From: a candidate division WOR-3 bacterium
GTDB lineage: Bacteria > Hydrothermota > Tepidihabitantia > SM23-42 > CAYGYG01
Assembly: GCA_965648915.1 (NCBI GenBank)
Contig: CBFGIV010000006.1
Location: 2,109-66,108, forward strand
Direction of reading: 5' to 3'
Length of the DNA: 64,000 nucleotides
In this document: one piece after another, positions 1-10,263 of the stretch
How positions within the stretch are numbered: position 1 is the first letter of the stretch
Layout: each line of letters begins with the position of its first letter
Made by a program: the position numbers and the translations under genes
Notes under the pieces: model-generated
Databases searched by the model: none
Seen by the model: the letters and a program-made list of their open reading frames with translations, nothing else
What the model was told of the DNA's origin: nothing

Positions 1-1016
1 CTGCCGATGGCAAGTAGTCCACAGGAGTCGTGGAAGATATACCAGCCGGCTGAATAGTTCTCTTCAACAAATCTTGTCCCCGAACAGGCAAAGAGGTTGA
101 AGAAGTGGGCACGGGGCTCGAGCGTGAAGATTTCGTAGTTGAATACCGTTCCCCGATATTGACTGGTAGGATATTTGAAGGTATGGCCCCAGGGAGATGA
201 GTGGGCACAGAGGTGGATCCATTCATAACCCTGTCTCAATTGATCACGGTAGCCTTGGGCTGTAGTCTGATATTGATTTTCGATAACAACGGTATTGGGA
301 TAGACGAGATTTAAATAACAGGCGCCCCAACCGTACCAGTCATCATCAACATAGGATAGACCCCTCTGGGGAAGTGAGAGTTGATGGGTTCGATATAGAT
401 GATTCTTCTGAAAATAACGCTTGTAGAGACGAATTTCGCTATCCCAGGTAAGATTACGGGCATAGATCCGGCCGAGCCAGATCTCAGGTGCGACATTACC
501 ACTGTGATTATCATAGATACTATCCAGATCATTGTCGATCCAGGTGCCGTTCAGGTCCGTAAAGTAGAGATCGATCGGAAACTCTTCCCAGGCACCCCAG
601 CCGTTAATTTCGTACCACTCAACCGGCATCTCACCGATCAGGATTGCACCAACCAGACCACTGATACCGGCAAGATATGAACGGAGCCCCTGGGCAGAAA
701 GTCCCCGGGCAGTATCGATCCTTACTTCATAGCCACAATTTAGCAGATCCTGTCGAAATTGATTTAATTCGTTTACCAGATCAGGATAGACCTTTGCATT
801 TACGATGACCGCGACAAGATTCTGGGTATTTGCCTCTTTTTCCGCCTGGGCTGTTCCGACCGAAAAATTAGAAAGAAGAGATCGATCAATCTCTGTAAGC
901 CATTGCTGATGAGTCTTGGGCTGACGGCCATAAGGATCGATCCACTGGGAAGGGACCAAGCCATCAAAATTAATCGAATGGTTTAATATCAAAAGAAAGA
1001 TGAATTTGCTAATCAT
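1..1016 (-). CDS. Partial CDS (N-terminal ~338 aa; C-terminus lies beyond window start): secreted C25-like (gingipain-family) cysteine peptidase domain protein
   Basis: Reverse-strand ORF runs off the window edge. ATG at 1016 is preceded by GGAGG. N-terminal hydrophobic signal (MISKFIFLLILNHS). Motifs IHLCAHSSPWGH and NLFACSGTRF resemble the His/Cys catalytic dyad context of gingipain (xxGHGS ... FDVACVNG). Family call is motif-based only. Confidence 0.45.
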   Translation of the reverse strand, partial: MISKFIFLLILNHSINFDGLVPSQWIDPYGRQPKTHQQWLTEIDRSLLSNFSVGTAQAEKEANTQNLVAVIVNAKVYPDLVNELNQFRQDLLNCGYEVRIDTARGLSAQGLRSYLAGISGLVGAILIGEMPVEWYEINGWGAWEEFPIDLYFTDLNGTWIDNDLDSIYDNHSGNVAPEIWLGRIYARNLTWDSEIRLYKRYFQKNHLYRTHQLSLPQRGLSYVDDDWYGWGACYLNLVYPNTVVIENQYQTTAQGYRDQLRQGYEWIHLCAHSSPWGHTFKYPTSQYRGTVFNYEIFTLEPRAHFFNLFACSGTRFVEENYSAGWYIFHDSCGLLAIG

Positions 1017-1965
1017 AAAACTCCTCCTTGTAAGGGAATAGGCTGAAGATTCCTCCAGTATGAATAAAGAGGATCTTCTTATAATTTTTTGCTTCATTGA
1101 GCATCCCGTAAAAAGCCTTGCCCGTATAGACTACATCTAAGATTATTCCAAATTTTGCAACTTTTTTAATGGTCTCGATCTCAGCCTTATAAGGGATCCC
1201 GTATCCTTTACCGATATAACCATCGATCAGATTAATATCACTCCTTCTTATCCTGACCGGAAAGTTATATCTTTTTATTGCCTTCTCAGTAATATCAAAA
1301 ATTTTTTCCTCAAAGAACTGCACTGTATCACAGATGATGACCCCCAGCAAATCGGCTTTAACTCTGTAGAGTTTTTTGCCCAGTAGAAGTCCGGCATAGG
1401 TTCCACCCGACCCTACTGCCACATAGATTGCTTCAATCTTTTCTCTTTCAATAAATTCCCTCATTTCCGCCATACAGTCGACATAGCCTAAAAGTCCAAC
1501 TTCGTTTGAAGCACCTTCTGGAATTATGTAAGGTCTATTTCCATTCCTGATTAAATCCTGAGCGATATTTTCCATTATATCATTGACCTCCTCGTATTCG
1601 ACCCGGGTTATATACCGGATTTCAGAACCGAGGAGATAATCAAGCAGGAGATTGCCATCATAGGGTTTTATTGGCTCACCACGAAGAACCAGAAGCGGTG
1701 TCAAACCTAACAACCGACAGCAGACAGCAGTTGCCCGGCAGTGATTGGATTGAATACCGCCGCAGGTAATTATTGTATCAGCATTCTGCGCCCGGGCATC
1801 AGCCAGGGCGTATTCAAGTTTGCGCACCTTATTGCCGCTGGTAATAAGTCCGGTGAAATCATCGCGTTTGATAAAGATGGTCGCAGGGTGGGGAAAATCC
1901 TTTAATATCTCTATTGGTGTTGGTGTATGAGCAATATGAATCTTCTTTATTTTACTCATCGACAC
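1009..1965 (-). CDS. PLP-dependent D-cysteine desulfhydrase / ACC deaminase family enzyme
   Basis: 318 aa. IKRDDFTGLITSGNKVRKLEY and TCGGIQSNHCRATA are hallmarks of the DcyD/ACC-deaminase tryptophan-synthase-beta-like fold. Confidence 0.7.
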   Translation of the reverse strand: MSMSKIKKIHIAHTPTPIEILKDFPHPATIFIKRDDFTGLITSGNKVRKLEYALADARAQNADTIITCGGIQSNHCRATAVCCRLLGLTPLLVLRGEPIKPYDGNLLLDYLLGSEIRYITRVEYEEVNDIMENIAQDLIRNGNRPYIIPEGASNEVGLLGYVDCMAEMREFIEREKIEAIYVAVGSGGTYAGLLLGKKLYRVKADLLGVIICDTVQFFEEKIFDITEKAIKRYNFPVRIRRSDINLIDGYIGKGYGIPYKAEIETIKKVAKFGIILDVVYTGKAFYGMLNEAKNYKKILFIHTGGIFSLFPYKEEFYD

Positions 1966-2005
1966 TATTTAACCCTAAATTCTGAGGATGTCAATGAAAA
2001 TAAAT

Positions 2006-2470
2006 TTACAGGATCAACTCAAAATACTTTGCGCCGGGGATAGGATTATAGCGATATGGAGGAATCTCGTTAAATCCCAGGGATCGATAGAGTGCAATGG
2101 CTTCGACCATCGATGGTAATGTATCGAGCCGCATCTTCCGGTAGCCAATCGCTTTTGCCTCAGCAATGGCCCTTTCTGTTAGAAGCCGACCAATCCCTCG
2201 ACCGCGAAAATCAGACCGGACATATAATCTCTTCATTTCACAGACCTCATTGTTCAGAGGTCTCAAGGCAACACACCCTGCAATCTTTCTATCGGCGAAG
2301 GCCAAAAAGAGACAACCAGAGGGCGGCGTATAATCACCGGGTAATTCAGCCAGTTCCTGGTCAAAATTTTGAAAAAGGAGGTCGACGCCCAATCCCCGGG
2401 CATATTCGACAAATAACTCTTTAGCGATTTTTACAAGTTCTTCAGTATCCGCTCTGATAATTTCTACCAT
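2006..2470 (-). CDS. GNAT family N-acetyltransferase
   Basis: 154 aa. Acetyl-CoA binding motif RSDFRGRGIGRLLTERAI (R/Q-x-x-G-x-G/A). Confidence 0.7.
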   Translation of the reverse strand: MVEIIRADTEELVKIAKELFVEYARGLGVDLLFQNFDQELAELPGDYTPPSGCLFLAFADRKIAGCVALRPLNNEVCEMKRLYVRSDFRGRGIGRLLTERAIAEAKAIGYRKMRLDTLPSMVEAIALYRSLGFNEIPPYRYNPIPGAKYFELIL

Positions 2471-2622
2471 CCCATTTTACAATACCTGAAATTTTAAAAC
2501 CTTCAAGTATTTTTTAAGAAACGAAGCACAGTCTTGATTTCGAAAGATTTTAGGCTATAATTTCTCTATGAAGATAATTCTTAGATTTATTTCTTTTTCC
2601 GATCGATTCTCAAAATACGACT

Positions 2623-3705
2623 ATGAGCCGGCTGGGTAAGGTGATTGTTGCAATGAGTGGCGGTGTCGATTCATCAACCGCTGCCTGTATTCTGAAAGAA
2701 GAGGGGTATGAAGTTATCGGTATGACAATGCATATCTGGCCTTCAGAAATGACCGGTGGTGGTCGATGCTGTGCCCCCCGTGATGTTGCTGATGCACGCC
2801 AGGTTGCCGCAATGATGGGTTTCCCTTTTTACTTACTCGATTTTCGCGATGATTTTAAAAAATATGTTATCAATGACTTTATCGAAGAATATCGATCAGG
2901 CCGGACCCCCAACCCCTGCATAAGGTGTAATGAATTTCTTAAATTCGGGTTGCTTTTAAAAAAGGCGGACGAACTCAAAGCCGAATTTGTTGCCACCGGA
3001 CATTATGCCCGTTTACAATATGATGAAGCGCGTGAGAGATTTATTCTTTTAAGAGGGAAGGAAGAGAAGAGGGAACAGTCCTATTTTTTATATTCCTTAA
3101 GGCAGGAGCAATTCAAACGGATAAAGTTCCCGGTGGGTGAATATACCAAGAGTGAAGTGCGCGATCTGGCAAGGGATTTTGGCCTCAGGGTGAGCGAAAA
3201 GAAAGGGAGTCAGGATTTATGTTTTATTGACGAAAAAGGATATGTAAGTTTTCTGAGAAATTATATCCCTCAGGCTTTTATCCCGGGACCGATTGTCAAT
3301 CTTGAAGGCAAAATAATTGGTCGTCATAAAGGGATCGGCTATTATACAATTGGCCAGCGTAAGGGGCTGGGATTACCCGGGCCAAGGCCGCACTATGTGG
3401 TCGCAATCGAGCCCGAAGAGAATAAAGTTATTGTTGGCTATGAAGAGGATGTATATCAAAAAGGGTTGATTGCCGACCGAATAAATGTGATTGCCTATGA
3501 GACCCTGCCATCACCGATCGAAGTTACTGCCCGGATAAGGTATCAATCCAAACCGTCAAGGGCGCGAGTTGAATTGATCGACCGGGATAAAATCTCGGTC
3601 GATTTTGCTGAGGGGCAATGGGCAATAACTCCCGGGCAAGCGGTTGTCTTGTATCAGGGTGATCTGGTAGTGGGGGGTGGGATAATAAGAGGGGGTAAAA
3701 AGTAA
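2623..3705 (+). CDS. mnmA: tRNA-specific 2-thiouridylase MnmA
   Basis: 360 aa. PP-loop SGGVDSS, catalytic Cys context NPCIRCN, full-length MnmA architecture. Confidence 0.9.
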   Translation: MSRLGKVIVAMSGGVDSSTAACILKEEGYEVIGMTMHIWPSEMTGGGRCCAPRDVADARQVAAMMGFPFYLLDFRDDFKKYVINDFIEEYRSGRTPNPCIRCNEFLKFGLLLKKADELKAEFVATGHYARLQYDEARERFILLRGKEEKREQSYFLYSLRQEQFKRIKFPVGEYTKSEVRDLARDFGLRVSEKKGSQDLCFIDEKGYVSFLRNYIPQAFIPGPIVNLEGKIIGRHKGIGYYTIGQRKGLGLPGPRPHYVVAIEPEENKVIVGYEEDVYQKGLIADRINVIAYETLPSPIEVTARIRYQSKPSRARVELIDRDKISVDFAEGQWAITPGQAVVLYQGDLVVGGGIIRGGKK

Positions 3706-3781
3706 CCGGCGACTCAATATTTACCGGTAAATTACTCTTGACTTCTATTATTTTTATATTAAAATGGTACGGGAGGAAGGT

Positions 3782-5602
3782 ATGGTTGATGATCTCAGGT
3801 TTACACTTTGTTTCATACTCTTTTTAATCTTAATATCACCTCTTAATAGCGCATCTGAATATACTCAGATTGATGACTTAAATCCGGTTTTCGAAGAGGT
3901 GAGTAGAGAATTTGATGTCCCGGTCAATATTCTTAAGGCAATCGGTTATATTGAATCGCACTGGCAGATGCGCGATGGTGCACCTTCGCGATTCTATAGT
4001 TATGGGATTATCGGTCTGAGAGAAAAAGGGCCAGGCGGTGAAGATAATGATGAGAATATTGGACTGGCGGCTCGACTTTTAGATGAGCCGGTTGAGAGAT
4101 TAAAGAACGATGCCCGGACCAATATTCGGGCTGGAGCCGCCCTGCTTAAATATTATGCCCGGAAGGAGAAGATTTTACCCCGGCGACTCGAAGACTGGGC
4201 TCCGGCAATCAGAATGTTTGCACCAGCCCAGGCAGTTGCGGACAGATATACAATGGCGGTTTATAAGATTATCGCTGAAGGCCGGGATGAGGTTTTTGAT
4301 AATGGAACGGTGATAAAAATTTCAAGCCAACCTGTTGATTTTCGTTTAGTCGATACAGGAACAACCATCGGATTAACCAGTCCGGATTATCCACCCGCTT
4401 TATGGGATCCGGCCCATTCCAATAATTATACAGTCTCAAATCGGCCCAGTTCATATCCGATCCAGTATTTTATAATACATACGATGCAGGGCACTTATCG
4501 TGGCTGTATCGCCTGGTTTAAAAACCCTTCAGCCGGTGTCAGCGCCCATTATGTGATGCAGTCTTCAGACGGTGAGATCACCCAGATGGTCCGCAATAAG
4601 GATATTGCCCACCATGCCGGGAACTGGTGGTATAATTGCCGGAGTTTAGGAACTGAACATGAGGGCTGGGTTGAGCAGTGGGGATGGTATACTGATACCC
4701 TCTATTCGGCCTCAGCCTATCTTGTCAGATATATGTGTGATCTTTACCATATCCCGATTTCAAGAACCTATATCATCGGCCATTCTGAGGTGCCCGGTTC
4801 CAGCCATACTGATCCCGGTCCATACTGGGATTGGCGCTTTTTTATGAACCTGGTGGCAGGTCGACCTCCGACCGATACACTGGTTGATGACTTCTGTCTC
4901 GGTTTCAGTAAAGGAGGCCCGATTGCCTACTGGCGATTTGATAGCACCGGTTATAACGGCCATATTTTCTACACCTATACGACTGCAGGGCGAGATACCA
5001 ATTTTGCCATCTGGCGACCAAATTTAAGATTGAGTGGTAATTATGATCTCTGGACATTTATCCCGGCCCGGAGTGGTGATGCAGTTGCGATATATCGAAT
5101 ATATCACAGAAATGGTGTAACGCGCAGGAATATTGACCAGGCCGCAAATCGTAATCGCTGGGTTCTGCTCGGTAGTTATCAGTTCGATGCTGGATCAAAC
5201 CACTATGTCTATCTTGGCGATAGCAGTTCCTCACCGGCCCGCACCCGGATAGGTTTTGACGCGATGGTCTGGCGATATACTGGTCCGGGAATTAATGATG
5301 TGGTGAACAGACCGACACTGGCGAAATTTGAATTGCTGGTCAGAGAAAACCCGGTAGGACCGATGCTGAATTTGAAATTTTCGATCCCATCGCCCGGAAG
5401 GGTCAGGTTGCGAATATATGATGAAACAGGAAGAACTATTGCCGAGCCAGTAAATGGCAGATATGAGAACGGAGAGATGAGCATAGCAATTCCGCCAAAA
5501 AAATTAGGTCTTAACCCGGGAGTCTATTTTGTCGAACTGATTTTTGAAGGTGCAGGGGAGAAACTGAGAGCGACGAGAAAGGTTGTCCGGCTTCAAAATT
5601 GA
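3782..5602 (+). CDS. Secreted peptidoglycan hydrolase: lytic-transglycosylase-like N-terminal region, N-acetylmuramoyl-L-alanine amidase (Amidase_2/PGRP) domain and T9SS C-terminal sorting domain
   Basis: Start chosen at ATG 3782 (GGAGGAAGG RBS, good signal peptide MVDDLRFTLCFILFLILISPLNSA); the ORF track starts at 3764. SLT-like ES...GIIGL...NIRAGAALL motifs. Amidase_2 motifs HTMQG, AHYVM, AHHAGN. C-terminal Por_Secre_tail-like beta-sandwich (RIYDETGRTI...GVYFVELIFEG). Confidence 0.6.
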   Translation: MVDDLRFTLCFILFLILISPLNSASEYTQIDDLNPVFEEVSREFDVPVNILKAIGYIESHWQMRDGAPSRFYSYGIIGLREKGPGGEDNDENIGLAARLLDEPVERLKNDARTNIRAGAALLKYYARKEKILPRRLEDWAPAIRMFAPAQAVADRYTMAVYKIIAEGRDEVFDNGTVIKISSQPVDFRLVDTGTTIGLTSPDYPPALWDPAHSNNYTVSNRPSSYPIQYFIIHTMQGTYRGCIAWFKNPSAGVSAHYVMQSSDGEITQMVRNKDIAHHAGNWWYNCRSLGTEHEGWVEQWGWYTDTLYSASAYLVRYMCDLYHIPISRTYIIGHSEVPGSSHTDPGPYWDWRFFMNLVAGRPPTDTLVDDFCLGFSKGGPIAYWRFDSTGYNGHIFYTYTTAGRDTNFAIWRPNLRLSGNYDLWTFIPARSGDAVAIYRIYHRNGVTRRNIDQAANRNRWVLLGSYQFDAGSNHYVYLGDSSSSPARTRIGFDAMVWRYTGPGINDVVNRPTLAKFELLVRENPVGPMLNLKFSIPSPGRVRLRIYDETGRTIAEPVNGRYENGEMSIAIPPKKLGLNPGVYFVELIFEGAGEKLRATRKVVRLQN

Positions 5603-5618
5603 AATTGAGGAGGAGGTT

Positions 5619-7043
5619 GTGCCCAAAAAAGAAGTACGAGTATTGTTCTATCTTTTTTTGTTAATAATTATGACCCCGGGTCATACGCGGAAATGGCAGG
5701 TTGGGCCGGGCAGGCCCTATCAGAATCCGAGTGCGGTCGCTTCACTCGTTGGCAATGGTGATACTGTAGAGATTGATCCGGTTACTTATCGAGATGTCTG
5801 TATCTGGCGGGCAAACGATCTACTCTTAAAGGGGATCGGCGGTAAAGCCCGGCTTGATGCAACCGGGATGAGTATTGCTGAAGGCAAGGCGATCTGGGTG
5901 ATCAAGGGAAAGAATAATACTGTTGAGATGATAGAATTTCTTGGTGCTGCCTGTCCGGATCAGAATGGTGCCGGGATAAGGATCGAAGGCTCAGGCCTGA
6001 CTGTCCGGAACTGTTATTTCCATGACAATGAGAATGGCATCCTCAGTGGTGCTGATAGCACCAGTGATATATTAATCGAATATTCTGAGTTTGGCTATAA
6101 TGGTTATGGTGATGGCTATTCCCATAATATCTATATCGGGCATATCAGGAGTTTTACCTTCCAGCACTCTTATTCCCACCACGCAAAGGTTGGGCATCTG
6201 GTGAAATCCCGGGCAAAGAATAATAGAATACTATATAATCGTCTGACCTGTGAATCGACCGGGACTTCTTCTTATGAGATTGACCTGCCCAACGGCGGAT
6301 TGAGTTATATCATCGGTAACCTGATCCACCAGGGGCAAAATACATCGAACAGCACGGTTATCAGTTATGGACGAGAAGGAATTGCGTCTGGATACGATAC
6401 GATTATTTATTTAGTGAATAATACAATGGTCAATAACCGAAGCTCGTTCGGTTCTTTTATTGCGCAGCAGTCCGGGACAAGGTCAATTTTATATAATAAC
6501 ATCTTTTACGGCGGAACGCGCATCACAAATGGTGGTTATCATCGAGGCAGCAATAACTGGTTGCCGGTTGGATATACCGGGGCTGACAGTCTGCGGCGGA
6601 GTGTTGTTGGTACTGACCCGAAACTTAAAGATCCAGCCAATTACGACTATCGACTCGATAGCAGTTCGGCCTGTATCGATTCCGGGATTGATCCGGGAAT
6701 AGGTTTAAGACCCCAGTATCAATATGTTCATCCCTGTAATCGTGAGATACGGCCTTTACAGGGTAGTTATGATATCGGAGCCTATGAATATATCCGAGTT
6801 AGAATTGAGGAGAAGACGAATCATAACCGGAAGGGCGAGGAGATAGGGATCAGAGCAAATCCTAATCCATTTATCTCCTGGACGAAGATCCAGGGCTGCG
6901 GGGTGAAGCCGTTGACGGTTTATGATGTAAAAGGAGAGATGAGGAGAGTATATTATGGGGTTAAGGTTGGTGCTGATCTACCACCGGGTGTCTATTTTAT
7001 AAAAGATAAGGTTGGTATGTTAAAGATAGTGAAGATTGACTAA
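5619..7043 (+). CDS. Secreted right-handed parallel beta-helix (pectate-lyase-like) repeat protein with T9SS C-terminal domain
   Basis: GTG 5619 is preceded by GAGGAGGAGG and gives a clean signal peptide (MPKKEVRVLFYLFLLIIM). The ATG at 5583 would overlap the previous gene and lacks signal-like geometry. Repeated NG/GxxxxN beta-helix turns (CYFHDNENGILSG, EFGYNGYGDGYSHNIYIGH). C-terminal NPNPFISWTKI...VYDVKGE...GVYFIK T9SS tail. Confidence 0.55.
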   Translation: MPKKEVRVLFYLFLLIIMTPGHTRKWQVGPGRPYQNPSAVASLVGNGDTVEIDPVTYRDVCIWRANDLLLKGIGGKARLDATGMSIAEGKAIWVIKGKNNTVEMIEFLGAACPDQNGAGIRIEGSGLTVRNCYFHDNENGILSGADSTSDILIEYSEFGYNGYGDGYSHNIYIGHIRSFTFQHSYSHHAKVGHLVKSRAKNNRILYNRLTCESTGTSSYEIDLPNGGLSYIIGNLIHQGQNTSNSTVISYGREGIASGYDTIIYLVNNTMVNNRSSFGSFIAQQSGTRSILYNNIFYGGTRITNGGYHRGSNNWLPVGYTGADSLRRSVVGTDPKLKDPANYDYRLDSSSACIDSGIDPGIGLRPQYQYVHPCNREIRPLQGSYDIGAYEYIRVRIEEKTNHNRKGEEIGIRANPNPFISWTKIQGCGVKPLTVYDVKGEMRRVYYGVKVGADLPPGVYFIKDKVGMLKIVKID

Positions 7044-7044
7044 T

Positions 7045-10000
7045 TTAATATTTCTGATGAAAATCGTTAAGGGCGTAAATATTAAAAGTTGACTTCTGTG
7101 CAAATTTTATTGCTTCGATCTCAGCCCGGGCCGAGTTTAAGGCGGTAATAAAAGGTATGTTCAATTCAACGGCTAACCGGCGCATTGCATACCCATCTCT
7201 TTTGGCACTGTAGGTCATCGTCGGAGTATTAATGATGAGATGGATCTTCTTTCGACGCATCAGATCAAGGGCATTGGGTTTTTTATGTTCACTGATCCGG
7301 TACACGGTCTGGCAGGGGATGCCTTTCTTCTGTAAAAACTGAGCCGTTCCCCGGGTTGCGACAATCTTGAAGTTAAGCATCTGCAGTTCCCGGGCAATAT
7401 CAGCGATTGCTTTTTTATCGTCGTCTCGAACTGTAATATAGACGGTTCCCTCTTTAGCAAATTTATTATCCGAAAGAATTGCTTTGTAATAAGCAGCCCC
7501 AAAGGTCTTGTCAATAGCCATTATCTCACCGGTAGATTTCATCTCCGGTCCTAAGAGAGGATCAACCCCGGGTAGTTTCAAAAACGGAAAGACCGGCGCC
7601 TTGATCGAGACGATGTCCAGAGCAATTGACCTTGGTAGACCGAGTTCTTTCAACTTATAACCCAGCATAATCTTTGTCGCCATTTTGGCCAGGGGTATAC
7701 CAATCGTCTTTGAGACATAGGGGACAGTTCTTGAGGCCCGGGGATTGGCTTCGAGAACAAAGATCTTGTCTTTCTGAACTGCGAGCTGGATATTTATTAA
7801 CCCTACGGTCCTCAGTGCCCGAGCAATCTTTCTGGTGATATCTCTAATCTTTTCTATCGTCTTTTCTTTTAGGGTAAATGGCGGCATCACACAGTAGGAG
7901 TCACCCGAATGGACGCCGGCCTGTTCGATATGCTCCATAATACCAGCGATAAAGACATTTCTTCCGTCACTGAGTGCATCGATGTCGACCTCGGTGGCAT
8001 TGGCGATATACTTGTCGACCAGGACCGGATGTTCCCTTGAAACCCGGACCGCGGTCTCCATATATCTCTCAAGTTCGCTTTCTTCATAGATAATCTCCAT
8101 TGCCCGGCCGCCCAATACATAACTGGGCCGGACCAGGACCGGATAGCCAATTTTGCGTGCAATCTTTTTCACTTCATCAAAATTAAAGCCAGCCGCAAAT
8201 GGGGGCTGGAGGATTCCAAGCCGGCGCATCAGACTTGAAAATAACTTCCGGTCTTCGGCCAAGTTTATTGATGCCGGGCTGGTACCCAAAATTTTGACCG
8301 GTAGTTTCTCTTTTCTGATGGCCTCAGCCAAAGGGATTGCAAGATTGACCGAGGTCTGACCACCAAACTGGAGAATGACCCCAGAGGGTTTTTCATCGTA
8401 GATAACATTCAAAACATCCTCAAGGCTGAGCGGTTCAAAATAGAGACGGGTTGAAATATCGAAATCGGTTGAGACGGTTTCTGGATTGTTGTTCATCATA
8501 ATCGCCTCGATACCTTCTTCTTTGAGGGCGAGGGCCGAATGGACACAGCAGTAGTCAAATTCGATTCCCTGACCGATTCGAATCGGCCCAGAACCGATGA
8601 CCAGGACCTTTGGTTTTTTCCTTCGCTTTCTCTTCGGGATCGGCATTGACCAGTAGGTTGAGTAATAGTAGGGCGTATAGGCTTCAAATTCACCGGCGCA
8701 GGTATCAACGATGTTGAAATTGGGCTTGATGCCGAATCTCTTTCTAAGCATTCTTACTTCCTCAACTGCCTTTTTTGAAAGTAATGCTATATACTCATCG
8801 CCAAAACCGAGTTTCTTCGCTTCAGTCAATATCGCCGGAGTCAGTCCGGATTCTTTTATCTTCTCTTCGACCCGGATTATATTTTCTAATTTACTTATAA
8901 AGAATTGATCGATATGGGAGAGTTCTGCGACTTTTTCTCTTGAATACCCGCGTCTCAATGCCTCGGTCAGGGCGAAGATAAATTTATCGGTCGGTTCCTG
9001 CAATTCTTTTATCAGTTCATACTCTTTCCAGTTATCGGCCTCAAGGCCGATACGGTCGATCTCCAGAGAGCGTATTGCCTTGAGGAGTGCTTCTTCAATT
9101 GTTGAGCCGATTGCCATCACTTCGCCAGTAGATTTCATCTGGGTGCCGATCCGCCGGTCAACCGTGGGAAATTTGTCGAATGGCCAGCGCGGGATCTTGA
9201 CAACTACATAATCAAGGGCGGGCTCAAAAGCAGCGTAGGTCTTTCGGGTCACGGCGTTCGGAATTTCATCGAGGGTCATACCAACGGCGATCTTGGCACT
9301 GACCCGGGCGATGGGATAACCGGTTGCCTTGGAAGCCAGGGCTGAGGAACGGGATACCCTCGGATTTACCTCGATCACCCGATATTCCCACTTATGGGGG
9401 TTGACCGCGAACTGGATGTTACATCCGCCGGCAATCCCCAGGGCGCGAATAATCTTTAATGAGGCACTTCTTAAAATCTGATGTTCATAGTCAGTCAGGG
9501 TCTGGGCCGGGGCAACAACCATACTCTCTCCAGTATGAACGCCCATCGGGTCGATATTTTCCATACTGCAGATAGTTATACAGTTGTCATTCCCATCGCG
9601 CATTACTTCATATTCAAACTCTTTCCAGCCCAAGACATTCTCTTCGATCAAGACCTGACTTACCGGCGAAAGTCTCAATCCGTTAGAAACAATCTCAATA
9701 AACTCTTCGAGATTTCTTGCAATACCACTGCCCGTGCCACCGAGGGTATATGCAGGCCGGATCAAGACCGGGAAACGGAACTTCTTCAATACTTCACGTG
9801 CTTCGTTCAGATTATGGACCGCATAACTGTCCGGTATCGGTTCACCGATCTCCTGCATAAGGGATCGAAAGCGGTCGCGATCTTCAGCCATTTCGATCGC
9901 CCGATAATTAGAGCCCAGGAGTTCAATTCCAAACTCTTCGAGAAATCCACGGCGCGCAAGTTCATAGGCGAGGTTGAGTCCGGTCTGACCACCAAACCCA

Positions 10001-10263
10001 GCAAGTAGACCCTGGGGCCGCTCACGGGCAATTATCTTCTCCAATGATTCAACGGTCAGGGGCTCAATATAGATGATATCAGCCGTCTCGAGATCGGTCT
10101 GAATGGTTGCGGGGTTAGAATTAACAATGATTGTCTTATAGCCCTCTTCACGCAGTGAATGGCTCGCCTGGGAACCAGAATAGTCAAATTCTGCAGCCTG
10201 ACCGATGACAATTGGTCCAGAACCAATAATCAGGAGTTTTTCAAGGTCAATCCGCTTTGCCAT
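7045..10263 (-). CDS. carB: Carbamoyl-phosphate synthase large subunit
   Basis: 1072 aa. Two ATP-grasp halves, MGS-like C-terminus, unmistakable CarB conservation. Confidence 0.95.
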   Translation of the reverse strand: MAKRIDLEKLLIIGSGPIVIGQAAEFDYSGSQASHSLREEGYKTIIVNSNPATIQTDLETADIIYIEPLTVESLEKIIARERPQGLLAGFGGQTGLNLAYELARRGFLEEFGIELLGSNYRAIEMAEDRDRFRSLMQEIGEPIPDSYAVHNLNEAREVLKKFRFPVLIRPAYTLGGTGSGIARNLEEFIEIVSNGLRLSPVSQVLIEENVLGWKEFEYEVMRDGNDNCITICSMENIDPMGVHTGESMVVAPAQTLTDYEHQILRSASLKIIRALGIAGGCNIQFAVNPHKWEYRVIEVNPRVSRSSALASKATGYPIARVSAKIAVGMTLDEIPNAVTRKTYAAFEPALDYVVVKIPRWPFDKFPTVDRRIGTQMKSTGEVMAIGSTIEEALLKAIRSLEIDRIGLEADNWKEYELIKELQEPTDKFIFALTEALRRGYSREKVAELSHIDQFFISKLENIIRVEEKIKESGLTPAILTEAKKLGFGDEYIALLSKKAVEEVRMLRKRFGIKPNFNIVDTCAGEFEAYTPYYYSTYWSMPIPKRKRRKKPKVLVIGSGPIRIGQGIEFDYCCVHSALALKEEGIEAIMMNNNPETVSTDFDISTRLYFEPLSLEDVLNVIYDEKPSGVILQFGGQTSVNLAIPLAEAIRKEKLPVKILGTSPASINLAEDRKLFSSLMRRLGILQPPFAAGFNFDEVKKIARKIGYPVLVRPSYVLGGRAMEIIYEESELERYMETAVRVSREHPVLVDKYIANATEVDIDALSDGRNVFIAGIMEHIEQAGVHSGDSYCVMPPFTLKEKTIEKIRDITRKIARALRTVGLINIQLAVQKDKIFVLEANPRASRTVPYVSKTIGIPLAKMATKIMLGYKLKELGLPRSIALDIVSIKAPVFPFLKLPGVDPLLGPEMKSTGEIMAIDKTFGAAYYKAILSDNKFAKEGTVYITVRDDDKKAIADIARELQMLNFKIVATRGTAQFLQKKGIPCQTVYRISEHKKPNALDLMRRKKIHLIINTPTMTYSAKRDGYAMRRLAVELNIPFITALNSARAEIEAIKFAQKSTFNIYALNDFHQKY

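Noticed and set aside
311-680. ORFs 311-532(-) and 399-680(+)
   Set aside because: Both lie in wrong frames inside the longer edge-truncated minus-strand C25-like CDS (1-1016), which has an RBS and a signal peptide.
9481-10008. 175-aa plus-strand ORF (and several 60-90 aa ORFs) antisense inside carB, secA, htrA, cheA and the P-type ATPase
   Set aside because: Fully embedded antisense to strongly conserved genes, no RBS, low-complexity or biased composition. Typical shadow ORFs.
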